In this document: positions 16,192 to 25,684 of the stretch, piece by piece
Position numbering within the stretch: the first letter of the stretch is position 1
How the letters are laid out: each line of letters begins with the position of its first letter
From: an uncultured Candidatus Saccharimonadales bacterium
GTDB lineage: Bacteria > Patescibacteriota > Saccharimonadia > UBA4664
Length of the DNA stretch: 56,822 nucleotides
Assembly (NCBI GenBank): GCA_964505035.1
Contig: CAZDGK010000002.1
Location: 1-56,822, forward strand
Direction of reading: 5' to 3'
Notes under the pieces: model-generated
Databases searched by the model: none
Told to the model about the DNA's origin: nothing
Seen by the model: only the letters and a program-made list of their open reading frames with translations
Program-made: the position numbers and the translations under genes

Positions 16192-18042
16192 ATGAGTAAG
16201 GACAATTCAGCAGAGCAACTGTATGCGATGCGCCATTCGCTGGCGCATATCATGGCGACGGCGATTCAGGAGTTGCACCCGAAGACCAAGTTTGGGATTG
16301 GGCCGGTGGTGGAGCATGGTTTCTACTACGATGTGGATGCCGAGCCGAAGCTGACTGACGAGGATTTGGCTACTATAGAGGCAAAAATGGCCGAAATCGT
16401 AGCGGCTGATTACCCGTTTGAGCACTCACATATGAAGCTGGATGAGGCCATTGAGTACTTTGGCAAGCGGAGGCAGACCTACAAGCTTGAGCTGCTGAAG
16501 GACCTCAAAGAGCACGGCACGACGGTGGCGAAAGAAATTGATCGGAGCCAGCTAGGCCTGGATGAGGGGTCGAAAGTGGATGAGGTGAGCATTTACACGG
16601 ACGGGCCGTTTACTGACCTGTGCCGCGGGCCGCATGTGGCGAGCACCGGCAAGGTAGGTGCTTTCAAATTGATGCGCATATCTGGTGCGTACTGGCGCGG
16701 TAATGAAAAGAACGCTCAGTTGCAGCGGGTCTATGGTGTAGGATTTACAACAAAGGCCGAGCTGGATGAGCATTTGCATATGCTGGAAGAGGCCGAAAAG
16801 CGCGACCACCGCAAGCTGGGCAAGGAGCTGGATTTGTTTGTGTTTAGCGACCTGGTGGGGCCGGGGCTGCCGCTGTTTACTCCGAGAGGAACCATCATTC
16901 GCGAGCAGTTGAACAACTATGTGCAGGAGCTGCGGCAGACGATTGGCGGCGGGTATGACGCTGTGACGGTGCCGCACATTACCAAGAAGGACCTGTACGA
17001 GAAGAGTGGTCACTGGAAGAAATTCTCGGAGGAGTTGTTTAAGATCAACACCCGCGAAGGGCATTTGTTTGCGATGAAGCCGATGCAATGTCCGCACCAC
17101 ACTCAGATCTATACTAGCCAGGTGCGGAGCTACCGCGACCTGCCGATCCGCTACCGCGAGACTACTATGGCCTACCGTGATGAGCAGAGCGGCGAGCTGA
17201 GTGGACTGAGCCGGGTGCGGGCGATTACTCAGGACGATGCGCACGTGTTTTGCCGGCCAGCCCAGGTAGAGGGCGAGGTCAGTCGGATTTGGGATATCAT
17301 CACCACGTTTAACCGGACGTTTGGTTTTGAGCTGCAGGTGCGGCTCTCGCGGCACGATCCCAACCAGATGGACAAGTACCTTGGGACGCCGGAGATGTGG
17401 AAGAAGGCCGAGGCACAGCTCCAGAGCGTAGTGGAGGCCAAAGGCGTTGAGTATGTCGACGGGCTGGGCGAGTCGGCGTTTTATGGGCCAAAGCTGGACT
17501 TTGTGGGCCGCGACGTGCTGGGCCGGGAGTTTCAGGCCGGCACGGTGCAGATCGACTTTGGCCAGCCGGAAGGCTTTGACCTGACATGCGTGAATGAGGC
17601 CGGCGAGAATGAGCGGATTGTGATGGTGCACGCGGCCATTATGGGCTCGATTGAGCGGTTTATGGTGCTGGTGATCGAGTCGACGGCCGGGGCCTTCCCG
17701 CTGTGGCTGGCGCCCGAGCAGGTGCGGCTGGCGCCGGTGAACGACACCAAGGAGCTGGCTAAATATACCGAGAAGGTGCGGGCTGAACTGGCCGGCGCCG
17801 GATTGCGCGTGGGCGTGGATGCTAGCGCGGAGAGCGTTGGCAAGAAGATCCGGGCGGCGGGTGTGGCCAAGGTGCCCTACACGCTAGTGATTGGCGAGAA
17901 GGAGCGGGAGAGCGGCCGGGTGAGTCCGCGGCTGCGTCAGGGTCACGGTGAGTTTGAGGGTGAGATGACGGTCGGTGAATTGGCCGAGGCGCTACAGCTT
18001 GAGGTGAAGGAGCGCTCACTGCGGAGTATGCTGAAAGCATAA
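16192..18042 (+). CDS. thrS: Threonyl-tRNA synthetase (no N-terminal TGS domain)
   Basis: Starts at ATG 16192 after SD AAGGGAGAG. The editing-domain motif HSLAH sits at residues 15-19. Class II motifs include FRGEQ-like YRDEQSGELSGLSRVRAITQDDAHVF, and an anticodon-binding domain follows. Confidence 0.9.
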   Translation: MSKDNSAEQLYAMRHSLAHIMATAIQELHPKTKFGIGPVVEHGFYYDVDAEPKLTDEDLATIEAKMAEIVAADYPFEHSHMKLDEAIEYFGKRRQTYKLELLKDLKEHGTTVAKEIDRSQLGLDEGSKVDEVSIYTDGPFTDLCRGPHVASTGKVGAFKLMRISGAYWRGNEKNAQLQRVYGVGFTTKAELDEHLHMLEEAEKRDHRKLGKELDLFVFSDLVGPGLPLFTPRGTIIREQLNNYVQELRQTIGGGYDAVTVPHITKKDLYEKSGHWKKFSEELFKINTREGHLFAMKPMQCPHHTQIYTSQVRSYRDLPIRYRETTMAYRDEQSGELSGLSRVRAITQDDAHVFCRPAQVEGEVSRIWDIITTFNRTFGFELQVRLSRHDPNQMDKYLGTPEMWKKAEAQLQSVVEAKGVEYVDGLGESAFYGPKLDFVGRDVLGREFQAGTVQIDFGQPEGFDLTCVNEAGENERIVMVHAAIMGSIERFMVLVIESTAGAFPLWLAPEQVRLAPVNDTKELAKYTEKVRAELAGAGLRVGVDASAESVGKKIRAAGVAKVPYTLVIGEKERESGRVSPRLRQGHGEFEGEMTVGELAEALQLEVKERSLRSMLKA

Positions 18043-18767
18043 TGGCTGACTTTGACGAGCAACGCTGGGCCGAGGTTCTGCGCCAACCGGACTGGTATGT
18101 ACAGATGGCAGACGAGTTGCAGGCATTGCGGCAGCGGTCTGAGGAGGTTGGGGGCGAAGAGGGGCGGCTCATGCGAAGGACGTTTCGTGACTTCGTAGCT
18201 GAGCGACTGGAGGTTGGCGAGGTGGCGCTGGCTGATCATGGCGACAACCTGGACGAGCAGCGGCTGCCGGTAGACACGGTGGTGATTCATCACACTAGCG
18301 CTGAGCCGGGCTACTCGTTGAGCTATATGAACGCGGTCCATTTGCTGAACGTGTATGTGCCGTACTACCTGAAGCCGAGCGTGCCGGGTGAGGAGCATTT
18401 GCAAGGCCAGCCGATCTGGAGCAACCACTTCGATCAGCAGGGTCGGCAAACCTTCCATGCTTATCATTGGTTTGTGCGGATGGACGGCTCGTCGGAGCGA
18501 CTGCTGGCGGATGATCAGATCGGCTGGCAGGCGGGTAACTGGGAAGTGAACCGGCGGAGTGTGGCCATTTGCTTGGACAACGACTATGAGCAGCGAGACC
18601 CGGAGCGGGTGGTGCTGGAGGTGGTGGCCGGGCTGATCAAAGAGCATTACCCGCAGGTGCTGGCCGAGCGGGTAATTGGTCACTGTGAGGCTAATCCGAA
18701 GACGGTTTGTCCGGGCGGGGGTTTCCTGGGTGGCTGGAAGGAGCAATTGTTGGAGATGCTGGGATGA
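18042..18767 (+). CDS. N-acetylmuramoyl-L-alanine amidase (Amidase_2/PGRP type)
   Basis: VVIHHTS, HAYHWFV and GHCE...CPG motifs. TAATG overlap with thrS. Confidence 0.8.
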   Translation: MADFDEQRWAEVLRQPDWYVQMADELQALRQRSEEVGGEEGRLMRRTFRDFVAERLEVGEVALADHGDNLDEQRLPVDTVVIHHTSAEPGYSLSYMNAVHLLNVYVPYYLKPSVPGEEHLQGQPIWSNHFDQQGRQTFHAYHWFVRMDGSSERLLADDQIGWQAGNWEVNRRSVAICLDNDYEQRDPERVVLEVVAGLIKEHYPQVLAERVIGHCEANPKTVCPGGGFLGGWKEQLLEMLG

Positions 18768-19546
18768 ATCTGAAACCGATTATTGAGCGATACCAATTGG
18801 ATGTGAATGGCGTGCGGTTTTGGACGCCGTACTGGCGCAACCGAGACAATCATCTGTACTGGCTAGACGCACCGTACCGGGGTAAGGGGACGCCAGCGCA
18901 GCTGGAGCGGGTGCTGCGCCGACGATTGGGTGTGGTGCCGCAGGCGGAGTGGCCGCAGACTGAGCAGGGGATGCGTGAGCAGATGCGTAAGTATGGTCTA
19001 GGCGTAGACTGCTCTGGGTTTGTTTACTATGTGCTCGATCAATGGTTGCAGCAGCGTGGCCAGCGACTGGCGCAATACCTGGTGTTTTATCGGAGTGAAG
19101 TGATCGAGACGCTCAAGTATGTGCCGGCTCGGAAGACGCTGACGCCGGACTTGGGACGATTGCCGGAGGCGGTAGCGCTGAGCGAGGTCTGCCGGTGGTG
19201 GCGACGGGATCCGGTGAACCATGTGAATGTGCGACGGTTGACGGACCCTATCGTGGCGGACCGAGTGATGAGTCTAGACCAGGTGCGGGCAGGGGACATG
19301 ATCAAGACTACCGGGGTGGAGGGAGATCACGTGGTGCTGGTAGTGGAGGCTTTGCCCGACCGGATCGTGTATGCGGAGTCGGGCAACTTTACCAGTGGGC
19401 TGGGTGGGGTGAAGTATGGCACAATTGCGATCCTGGACCCGCAGGGCACGCTAGCGGAGCAAGATTGGGAGCGGCGGACGGATGTGAGCCCAGATCTTGA
19501 GACGCGTGACGGGGTGTGGCGGCTAAAGGCTGTGGCGGAGGGTTAG
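18764..19546 (+). CDS. NlpC/P60-like cysteine peptidase (putative cell-wall hydrolase)
   Basis: Trimmed to ATG 18764 (ATGA overlap). GVDCSGFVYYV gives the catalytic-Cys context, and GDHVVLVV lies downstream. Confidence 0.6.
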   Translation: MNLKPIIERYQLDVNGVRFWTPYWRNRDNHLYWLDAPYRGKGTPAQLERVLRRRLGVVPQAEWPQTEQGMREQMRKYGLGVDCSGFVYYVLDQWLQQRGQRLAQYLVFYRSEVIETLKYVPARKTLTPDLGRLPEAVALSEVCRWWRRDPVNHVNVRRLTDPIVADRVMSLDQVRAGDMIKTTGVEGDHVVLVVEALPDRIVYAESGNFTSGLGGVKYGTIAILDPQGTLAEQDWERRTDVSPDLETRDGVWRLKAVAEG

Positions 19547-19894
19547 GTGGAGCGACCGGAGGCTGAGTTTGCCGAGCGGGTGTACGCGTACGTGGCCCAG
19601 ATCCCGGCGGGCCGGGTGATGACGTACGGCCAGCTGGCGGCGCTCAGTGGCAGTCCGCGGGCAGCTCGGATTGTCGGCGGTGTGGCCCACTACGGCCCGG
19701 AGTCATTGCCGTGGCACCGAGTAGTGAATAAGCAGGGTGGCTTGGCGTCTGGGTACTATGGCGGGCGGAGCGAACAGGCGCGCCGGCTGGCTGAGGAGGG
19801 AGTGGAGATTGATGAGCAGGGTAATGTCGATGTTGAGCGGTTGCTATGGTGGCCTCCTGGTGAAGAGCCATCGCAAATGGGACTAGGTTTGTAG
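19547..19894 (+). CDS. Alkyltransferase-like protein (Atl; MGMT DNA-binding domain without the acceptor Cys)
   Basis: IPAGRVMTYGQLA followed by PWHRVV, in place of the PCHRV active site. Confidence 0.75.
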   Translation: MERPEAEFAERVYAYVAQIPAGRVMTYGQLAALSGSPRAARIVGGVAHYGPESLPWHRVVNKQGGLASGYYGGRSEQARRLAEEGVEIDEQGNVDVERLLWWPPGEEPSQMGLGL

Positions 19895-19908
19895 ACTTAT
19901 TTACAACA

Positions 19909-20796
19909 ATGATCGATCCAAATGTAAAACTTATTGCCATTGTTGGGCCGACTGCTTCGGGTAAGACTGATTTGGCTTTGGCTTTGGCAGAGCGATTTAA
20001 TGGCGAGATTGTGTGTGCGGATTCGCGGACGGTGTACCGCGGCATGGATATTGGTACCGCCAAGCCGACGGCAGCCGAGCAGGCGAAGGTGCCCCACCAT
20101 CTGCTGGATGTAGTGGACCCGGGCGAGGTGCTGAGCGCAGCGGCATTTAAAGATTTGGCGGAGGCGGCGATACACGATATCTGGAGTCGGGGACGGGTGC
20201 CTTTCCTGGTGGGAGGGAGCGGTTTGTATATTGATGCGGTGCTATTTGATTACGAGTTTCCGGCGGCAGCCGATGCCGAGAGGCGCGCTCAGCTTGAGGC
20301 GCTGACGGACGATGAGCTGCGGGAGTTGTTGGCGGCTGAGGACCCGGAGGCGGCGGGGACGGTTGATATGGCCAATCGCCGGCGGGTGATTCGAGCGCTG
20401 GAAACGGCCGGCCAAGGGCGAGGCCGGCGGACTGATGTGCGACCAGGCATTTTGTGCCTGGGTATGAGTCTGAACAAAGAAGTTATTCAAAATCGCATTG
20501 AGCAGCGCGTCGAAAAAATGCTTGCCAGAGGGTTTATTGATGAGGTGCGACATATTGGTGAAACCTACGGCTGGGAGTCAGAGGCCATGAGCGGTATCGG
20601 CTACCGAGCCTTCAAGGACGTCGTCTTGGGTACCGAAACGGTGGAGCAAGGCGCCGCGGATTTCGTGCGGGGAGACCAGCTGCTGGTGAAGAAGCAGCTG
20701 ACATGGTTTCGGCGCAACCCGGCTATTCGCTGGCTTGACCGGCCAGAAGAGGCCGAGCGATTGGTAGGTGCGTTCTTGAGGAATGAATTGATATAA
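19909..20796 (+). CDS. miaA: tRNA dimethylallyltransferase
   Basis: P-loop GPTASGKT and CADSRTVYRGMDIGTAKP. Confidence 0.9.
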   Translation: MIDPNVKLIAIVGPTASGKTDLALALAERFNGEIVCADSRTVYRGMDIGTAKPTAAEQAKVPHHLLDVVDPGEVLSAAAFKDLAEAAIHDIWSRGRVPFLVGGSGLYIDAVLFDYEFPAAADAERRAQLEALTDDELRELLAAEDPEAAGTVDMANRRRVIRALETAGQGRGRRTDVRPGILCLGMSLNKEVIQNRIEQRVEKMLARGFIDEVRHIGETYGWESEAMSGIGYRAFKDVVLGTETVEQGAADFVRGDQLLVKKQLTWFRRNPAIRWLDRPEEAERLVGAFLRNELI

Positions 20797-20803
20797 TGCA
20801 GGT

Positions 20804-22174
20804 ATGCGTACCGCCGCGACATTGCTGATTGCCAAGACCACTCAGAAACTGAGTCAGGTCCTGGCGCGTGGTGGTGGTGCAGCGCTGCCGGGGCTGGTGG
20901 CAGAGCGAATTGATCCAGGTCTTGGCCGCCGGCTGGTGCGGCAATTGCCCAAGGGTGTGATCCTGGTGACTGGGACCAATGGCAAGACTACGACCACGAA
21001 GCTGCTCGTGGCGATGCTAGAGGCGGCTGGTGAGCGAGTGCTGACCAACCGTACTGGTTCGAACCTGAAGCGCGGGGTATTGTCGGCGCTGATCGCGAGC
21101 GTCAATCTGAGGGGCCATACCCGCGCGACCATGGCGGTGTTTGAGGTGGACGAGGCTAGCTTGCGGCGGGTGGCTCCCGAGCTGCAGCCACGGCAGATAG
21201 TCGTGACGAACCTGTTTCGCGACCAGCTAGACCGCTATGGCGAGCTGGATACGACGGCTGCACTGATAGGCCAAGGCATCGCGGCGACGTCGGCGCATCT
21301 GTACCTCAACGCTGATGACCCGCTGGTGGCTAGCTTGGCCAAGTACGCAGTGCCCGAGCGGGTGACGTACTTTGGCATTGAGGGCCTGCCGTCGGCTAGT
21401 GCGTCGGCACTGATGACGGCGACTGACTCGGACCGGTGTCCGCAGTGCGGTGAGCGACTGACGTTTAGCCGGACGTTTTATGGTCATATTGGGCATTATC
21501 ATTGTGCTCATTGCGGGCTGAGTCGGCCACAGCCTAAGGTGGCGGTGACGAGTGTGCGGGAAGCTGGCTTGGATGGCACGCGGTTTACGGTGTCGGTGGA
21601 AGGACACCGGCACGATCTGGAGTGGCCACTGCCGGGTACCTACAATCTGTACAATGCACTAGCCGCAATAGCGGTGGCGGCGGGTTCGGGGCTGGAAGTG
21701 GCGGTGATGGCCAAGACGTTGGCTCAGACTGGCGCGGCGTTTGGGCGGGTGGAGAAGGTGATGGTGAAAGGACGCACACTGTATCTGCTGCTCATTAAGA
21801 ATCCGGCCGGGTTTACGCAGGTGCTTGAAACGTTTCTGATGGGGCAGAAGGCGCCGGTAGCGCTGATGGTGGTGAATGATAAGTTTGCCGATGGCCGGGA
21901 TGTGTCGTGGCTATGGGATGTGCCGCTGGAGGCCTTGGCTCGCCTGCAGCCGCGGGTGTGGACGGCTGGTATCCGGGGAGCTGACATGGCTCTGAGGCTG
22001 CATTATGCCGGGGTGGATGCTAAGGCCGCGCCGAGTCTGGACCAGGCGCTGGAGGCGGTGGTGGCGGCTACCCCCGAGGGCGGGCGGGTGTTTATATTGC
22101 CGACCTATACGGCGATGCTGGAGGTGCGGCAGCGGCTAGGCCGCTTGGTGGAGCTAGAGGTGGTGCGAGCATGA
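20804..22174 (+). CDS. murT: Lipid II isoglutaminyl synthase, Mur-ligase subunit MurT
   Basis: VTGTNGKTTTT P-loop, a Cys4 ribbon CPQCG...CAHCG, and a C-terminal DUF1727-like region. ATGA overlap with gatD. Confidence 0.85.
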   Translation: MRTAATLLIAKTTQKLSQVLARGGGAALPGLVAERIDPGLGRRLVRQLPKGVILVTGTNGKTTTTKLLVAMLEAAGERVLTNRTGSNLKRGVLSALIASVNLRGHTRATMAVFEVDEASLRRVAPELQPRQIVVTNLFRDQLDRYGELDTTAALIGQGIAATSAHLYLNADDPLVASLAKYAVPERVTYFGIEGLPSASASALMTATDSDRCPQCGERLTFSRTFYGHIGHYHCAHCGLSRPQPKVAVTSVREAGLDGTRFTVSVEGHRHDLEWPLPGTYNLYNALAAIAVAAGSGLEVAVMAKTLAQTGAAFGRVEKVMVKGRTLYLLLIKNPAGFTQVLETFLMGQKAPVALMVVNDKFADGRDVSWLWDVPLEALARLQPRVWTAGIRGADMALRLHYAGVDAKAAPSLDQALEAVVAATPEGGRVFILPTYTAMLEVRQRLGRLVELEVVRA

Positions 22175-22893
22175 GAGGGCACCGGCTGGTGATCGCGCAT
22201 TTGTATCCGCGCGAAATGAACATTTATGGTGACCTGGGCAATATTTTGACTTTGCGCAAGCGGTTGGAGTGGCGCGGCTATGAGGCGGAGGTGGTGGCTG
22301 TGGAGCCAGGAGCTGCGGTGGACTGGGCTCGCGTAGACCTGGTATTTGGCGGTGGTGGCCAGGATTCGGGCCAGCTGGTAATTGCGCAGGACTTGCTGCG
22401 GCATGGTGAGGATTTGAGGCAGATGGCAGCCGAGGGTGTGCCGATGCTGACGATTTGCGGAACGTACCAACTGTTTGGCCGTGGCTTTACTACCATGGAA
22501 GGCAGCGAGCTGCCGGGCATTAATATTTTCCGCGCCAGCACGGTGGGAGGCCGCGTGCGGATGATTGGAAATGTTGTAATAGATACTGCATTTGGCCGAT
22601 TGGTGGGATTTGAGAACCATTCTGGGCAGACGATGCTGGAGCCTGGGCAGGAGCCGCTCGGTAAGATACGGAAGGGTTACGGCAATAACCCATGGAGCAA
22701 GCGCGAGGGAGCGGTGGCCAACCAAGCGATTGGCACCTACCTGCATGGTCCGGTGCTGCCAAAGAACCCGCGCCTGGCTGACCACTTGTTGCTGGAGGCC
22801 TTGCGACGGCGGTACAGTGTAGATGAACTGGAGACACTGGATGACGCGCGCGAGCATGAAGCGGCCAAGGTAGCGATGGGGAGGCCGCAATGA
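22171..22893 (+). CDS. gatD: Lipid II isoglutaminyl synthase, glutaminase subunit GatD
   Basis: CobB/CobQ-type GATase fold. Nucleophile context TICGTYQLFG, with YLHGP near the C-terminus. Confidence 0.85.
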   Translation: MRGHRLVIAHLYPREMNIYGDLGNILTLRKRLEWRGYEAEVVAVEPGAAVDWARVDLVFGGGGQDSGQLVIAQDLLRHGEDLRQMAAEGVPMLTICGTYQLFGRGFTTMEGSELPGINIFRASTVGGRVRMIGNVVIDTAFGRLVGFENHSGQTMLEPGQEPLGKIRKGYGNNPWSKREGAVANQAIGTYLHGPVLPKNPRLADHLLLEALRRRYSVDELETLDDAREHEAAKVAMGRPQ

Positions 22894-23645
22894 GTTTGAG
22901 TATTCATTCGCAGCTACTGGCGAGCACCGGACAGCTGGTTGAGGGGATCTCTACGGCGCAGGCTGGCAATATGTCGCCGCTGTATGGGCCGACTGATGAG
23001 GTAGCGAAGGCGCGACGAGTGTTCTTGCGTGACCTTGGGACAAGTATGGACCACGGGATTTATTTCCGGCCCTATAACCGCGATGTGATCATGGATGTGG
23101 ATGCCGGCTTCGCTGGTATCGGGATGGAGAGCGGGCTGCCGGTGATGGCGGACGCGCTGGTGACGCGGACGCCGGGTGTGGGCTTGTTTGTGCTGTTGGC
23201 TGATTGCCAGTCGATCTCGCTGTTTGATCCGCGCGCCATGGTGATTGCTCTGATCCATGCTGGGCGGTTTGGCCTGCAGGAGCAGCTCGTGACCAAGGTG
23301 ATTGAGCACCTGCATCATCATTACGGCTCGTTGCCAGAAAACCTAATGGCCTATCTGGGTCCGCGCCTGTCGGCTGAGCATCATGTGTTTGAGCCGTGGA
23401 TTACGCAGGAGGTGAGTGGCTGGGGCAAGCACATGAAGATCACGGCCAATGGGCGCTATACGCTGGATATCCGCGGCTACGCACTGGAACAGCTACGGGT
23501 GGCCGGTGTGCGGATCAAGAATATCGAGGAGACGCCGATTGATACATATTCGTCGCCGGTGTTTTACTCGCATGTGAGGTCGGCTCGTGAAGGCCTGACT
23601 GAAGCCCGGTTCGGGGCGTACCTGGAGATGAAACGGCAGGGCTAG
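22890..23645 (+). CDS. pgeF: YfiH/PgeF (DUF152) family protein
   Basis: LLADCQSISLFD and LIHAGRFG motifs. ATGA overlap with gatD. Confidence 0.8.
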   Translation: MSLSIHSQLLASTGQLVEGISTAQAGNMSPLYGPTDEVAKARRVFLRDLGTSMDHGIYFRPYNRDVIMDVDAGFAGIGMESGLPVMADALVTRTPGVGLFVLLADCQSISLFDPRAMVIALIHAGRFGLQEQLVTKVIEHLHHHYGSLPENLMAYLGPRLSAEHHVFEPWITQEVSGWGKHMKITANGRYTLDIRGYALEQLRVAGVRIKNIEETPIDTYSSPVFYSHVRSAREGLTEARFGAYLEMKRQG

Positions 23646-23649
23646 CGAG

Positions 23650-25011
23650 ATGGCACTGATGGCCTATGAGGCAATTACCGAGAGTGAGCTAGCGGCGACC
23701 GAAGCGCCGCCTGGCTCATTGCGGCGCTCGGAGCAGAAAGGGTTTGGCCGGTTTTGGCGAATCCTGGGGCCGGGAGTGATTACGGGTGCGGCGGACGACG
23801 ACCCGTCGGGGATCGCGACGTATTCGCAAGCCGGCGCCCAGTTTGGCTGGTCGACGCCGTGGATGATGCTGTTTACGCTGCCATTGATGATCGCGGTACA
23901 GGAGGCCTGTATGCGAGTGGGGGCGGTGACGGGTAAGGGCTTGGCGGCGGTGATTAGCCGGCATTATGCGCGCTGGGTGCTGTATGCCATGGTGATGCTG
24001 GTGGTGGTCGCCAACACTCTGAATATCGGTGCTGATATCGGTGCGATGGCGGCTTCGATGCAATTACTCGTGCCGCTGCCGCTACCCGTGCTGGCGGTCG
24101 GGTTTGCGGTGCTGATGCTGGTGCTCCAGGTGTTTATCGCCTACAAAGCTTACGTGAAGCTGCTGAAGTGGCTGGCGCTCGTGCTGTTTGCGTACTTTGC
24201 GACGGCTTTTATGGTGGGGGTGCCATGGTTGGAGGCGCTCAAGGCGACACTCGTGCCGCACATTCAGCTGACGCCGGAATATGTGTATCTGTTTGTGGCG
24301 ATACTGGGCACGACTATTTCGCCGTACCTGTTTTTCTGGCAGGCGAGCGAGGTGGTGGAGGACGAGATCGCTTCGCACCGACTAGCGCAGCGGGGTGGCG
24401 TGCCGCGATTGAGCCGGCCGTATCTGCGCAATCTGCGGCTGGACAATGCTGTGGGCATGGTGTTTTCGAATGTGACAGCCTGGTTCATCATTGTGGTGGG
24501 CGCGGTGGTGCTAAACCGTGGCGGCGTGACCAATATCGCCTCGGCGGCGGACGCGGCACATGCCTTGGAGCCATTGGTGCGGGGCTTCCCCGACGCTGGG
24601 CTGTGGGCCAAGGCGATATTTGCGCTGGGAGTCGTAGGTATTGGCTTATTGAGTGTGCCGGTACTAGCTGGGTCCTCAAGCTACGCGATTGCGGAGACGT
24701 TTGGCTGGAAGGAGGGCCTGTACCGTAAGTTTGCGAATGCCCGGGCGTTTTACTTGGTCATCATTGCCTCGACGCTGGTTGGGCTGGTGATGAACTTCCT
24801 GGGGCTTGACCCGATCCACGCGCTGATCTTTGCGGCGGTGTGTAACGGTGTGGCAGCGGTGCCGCTGATTTTCCTCGTGGCCTTGATCAGTAGCCGGCGG
24901 GATATCATGGGTGAGTACCGGAGCGGAACATGGAGCCGGATCGGCCTGTGGCTGGCGTGGCTGGTGATGCTGGCGGCCGCTCTTGGCCTAGGTGTGAGTT
25001 ACCTGATATAA
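23650..25011 (+). CDS. Nramp-family divalent metal transporter
   Basis: GPGVITGAADDDPSGIATYSQAGAQFG signature and about 11 TM segments. Confidence 0.85.
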   Translation: MALMAYEAITESELAATEAPPGSLRRSEQKGFGRFWRILGPGVITGAADDDPSGIATYSQAGAQFGWSTPWMMLFTLPLMIAVQEACMRVGAVTGKGLAAVISRHYARWVLYAMVMLVVVANTLNIGADIGAMAASMQLLVPLPLPVLAVGFAVLMLVLQVFIAYKAYVKLLKWLALVLFAYFATAFMVGVPWLEALKATLVPHIQLTPEYVYLFVAILGTTISPYLFFWQASEVVEDEIASHRLAQRGGVPRLSRPYLRNLRLDNAVGMVFSNVTAWFIIVVGAVVLNRGGVTNIASAADAAHALEPLVRGFPDAGLWAKAIFALGVVGIGLLSVPVLAGSSSYAIAETFGWKEGLYRKFANARAFYLVIIASTLVGLVMNFLGLDPIHALIFAAVCNGVAAVPLIFLVALISSRRDIMGEYRSGTWSRIGLWLAWLVMLAAALGLGVSYLI

Positions 25012-25049
25012 TATGGCTACATTCGTTATAAGAGTGGTGAGAGAGCAAT

Positions 25050-25670
25050 ATGGTCGAGCAACTGTTTGGTTCGAAGACACGGGTCAAGCTCCTGAGCCTG
25101 TTTTTTAATAATCCAGGCCGGCCATTTTATGTGCGCGAGATTACGCGCAAGATTGATGAACAGATCAACTCGGTGCGGCGCGAGCTGGCCAATTTGCTGA
25201 GCATCGGCATTATTGGCTCGGAGGGATCGAACAACCGCTTGTACTACGAGGTAAATGCTAAGTACGAGTATTACGAGCAATTGCGGGGGATCTTCACGGC
25301 GATGCCGGCCAAGAGTGCGGATCCGGTTATCAAGGAGACCCGCGAAGAGGATCAGATTACCAAGAAGATTCGTTCGACGGGAAGCGTGCAACTGGCGTTT
25401 TTGACTGGCAGCTTTTCGAACGAGCGGGGGGTAAATATCGATATCTTTGTGGTGGGTGACATCAACAAAGCGCGGCTAGCTCGGGTGGTGGCGGAGCTGG
25501 AGCAGGATATGGGTCGTGAGCTCAATTACTCGGCGCTTACGCCAGAGGAATATGACTACCGGGTGAGTTTGAATGACCGGTTTGTGACCAGCATTCTGGC
25601 GGCCAAGAAAATTGTGGTAGTAGATGGTCAGCAAGAGCAGTCACTAGCGCATAGCAACATCAACGAATAA
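25050..25670 (+). CDS. Winged-helix (ArsR-like) DNA-binding protein with C-terminal domain
   Basis: N-terminal KTRVKLLSLFFNNPGRPFYVREITRKIDEQINSVRRELANL, typical of a wHTH. Confidence 0.55.
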   Translation: MVEQLFGSKTRVKLLSLFFNNPGRPFYVREITRKIDEQINSVRRELANLLSIGIIGSEGSNNRLYYEVNAKYEYYEQLRGIFTAMPAKSADPVIKETREEDQITKKIRSTGSVQLAFLTGSFSNERGVNIDIFVVGDINKARLARVVAELEQDMGRELNYSALTPEEYDYRVSLNDRFVTSILAAKKIVVVDGQQEQSLAHSNINE

Positions 25671-25684
25671 AACGGAGAAACGCT

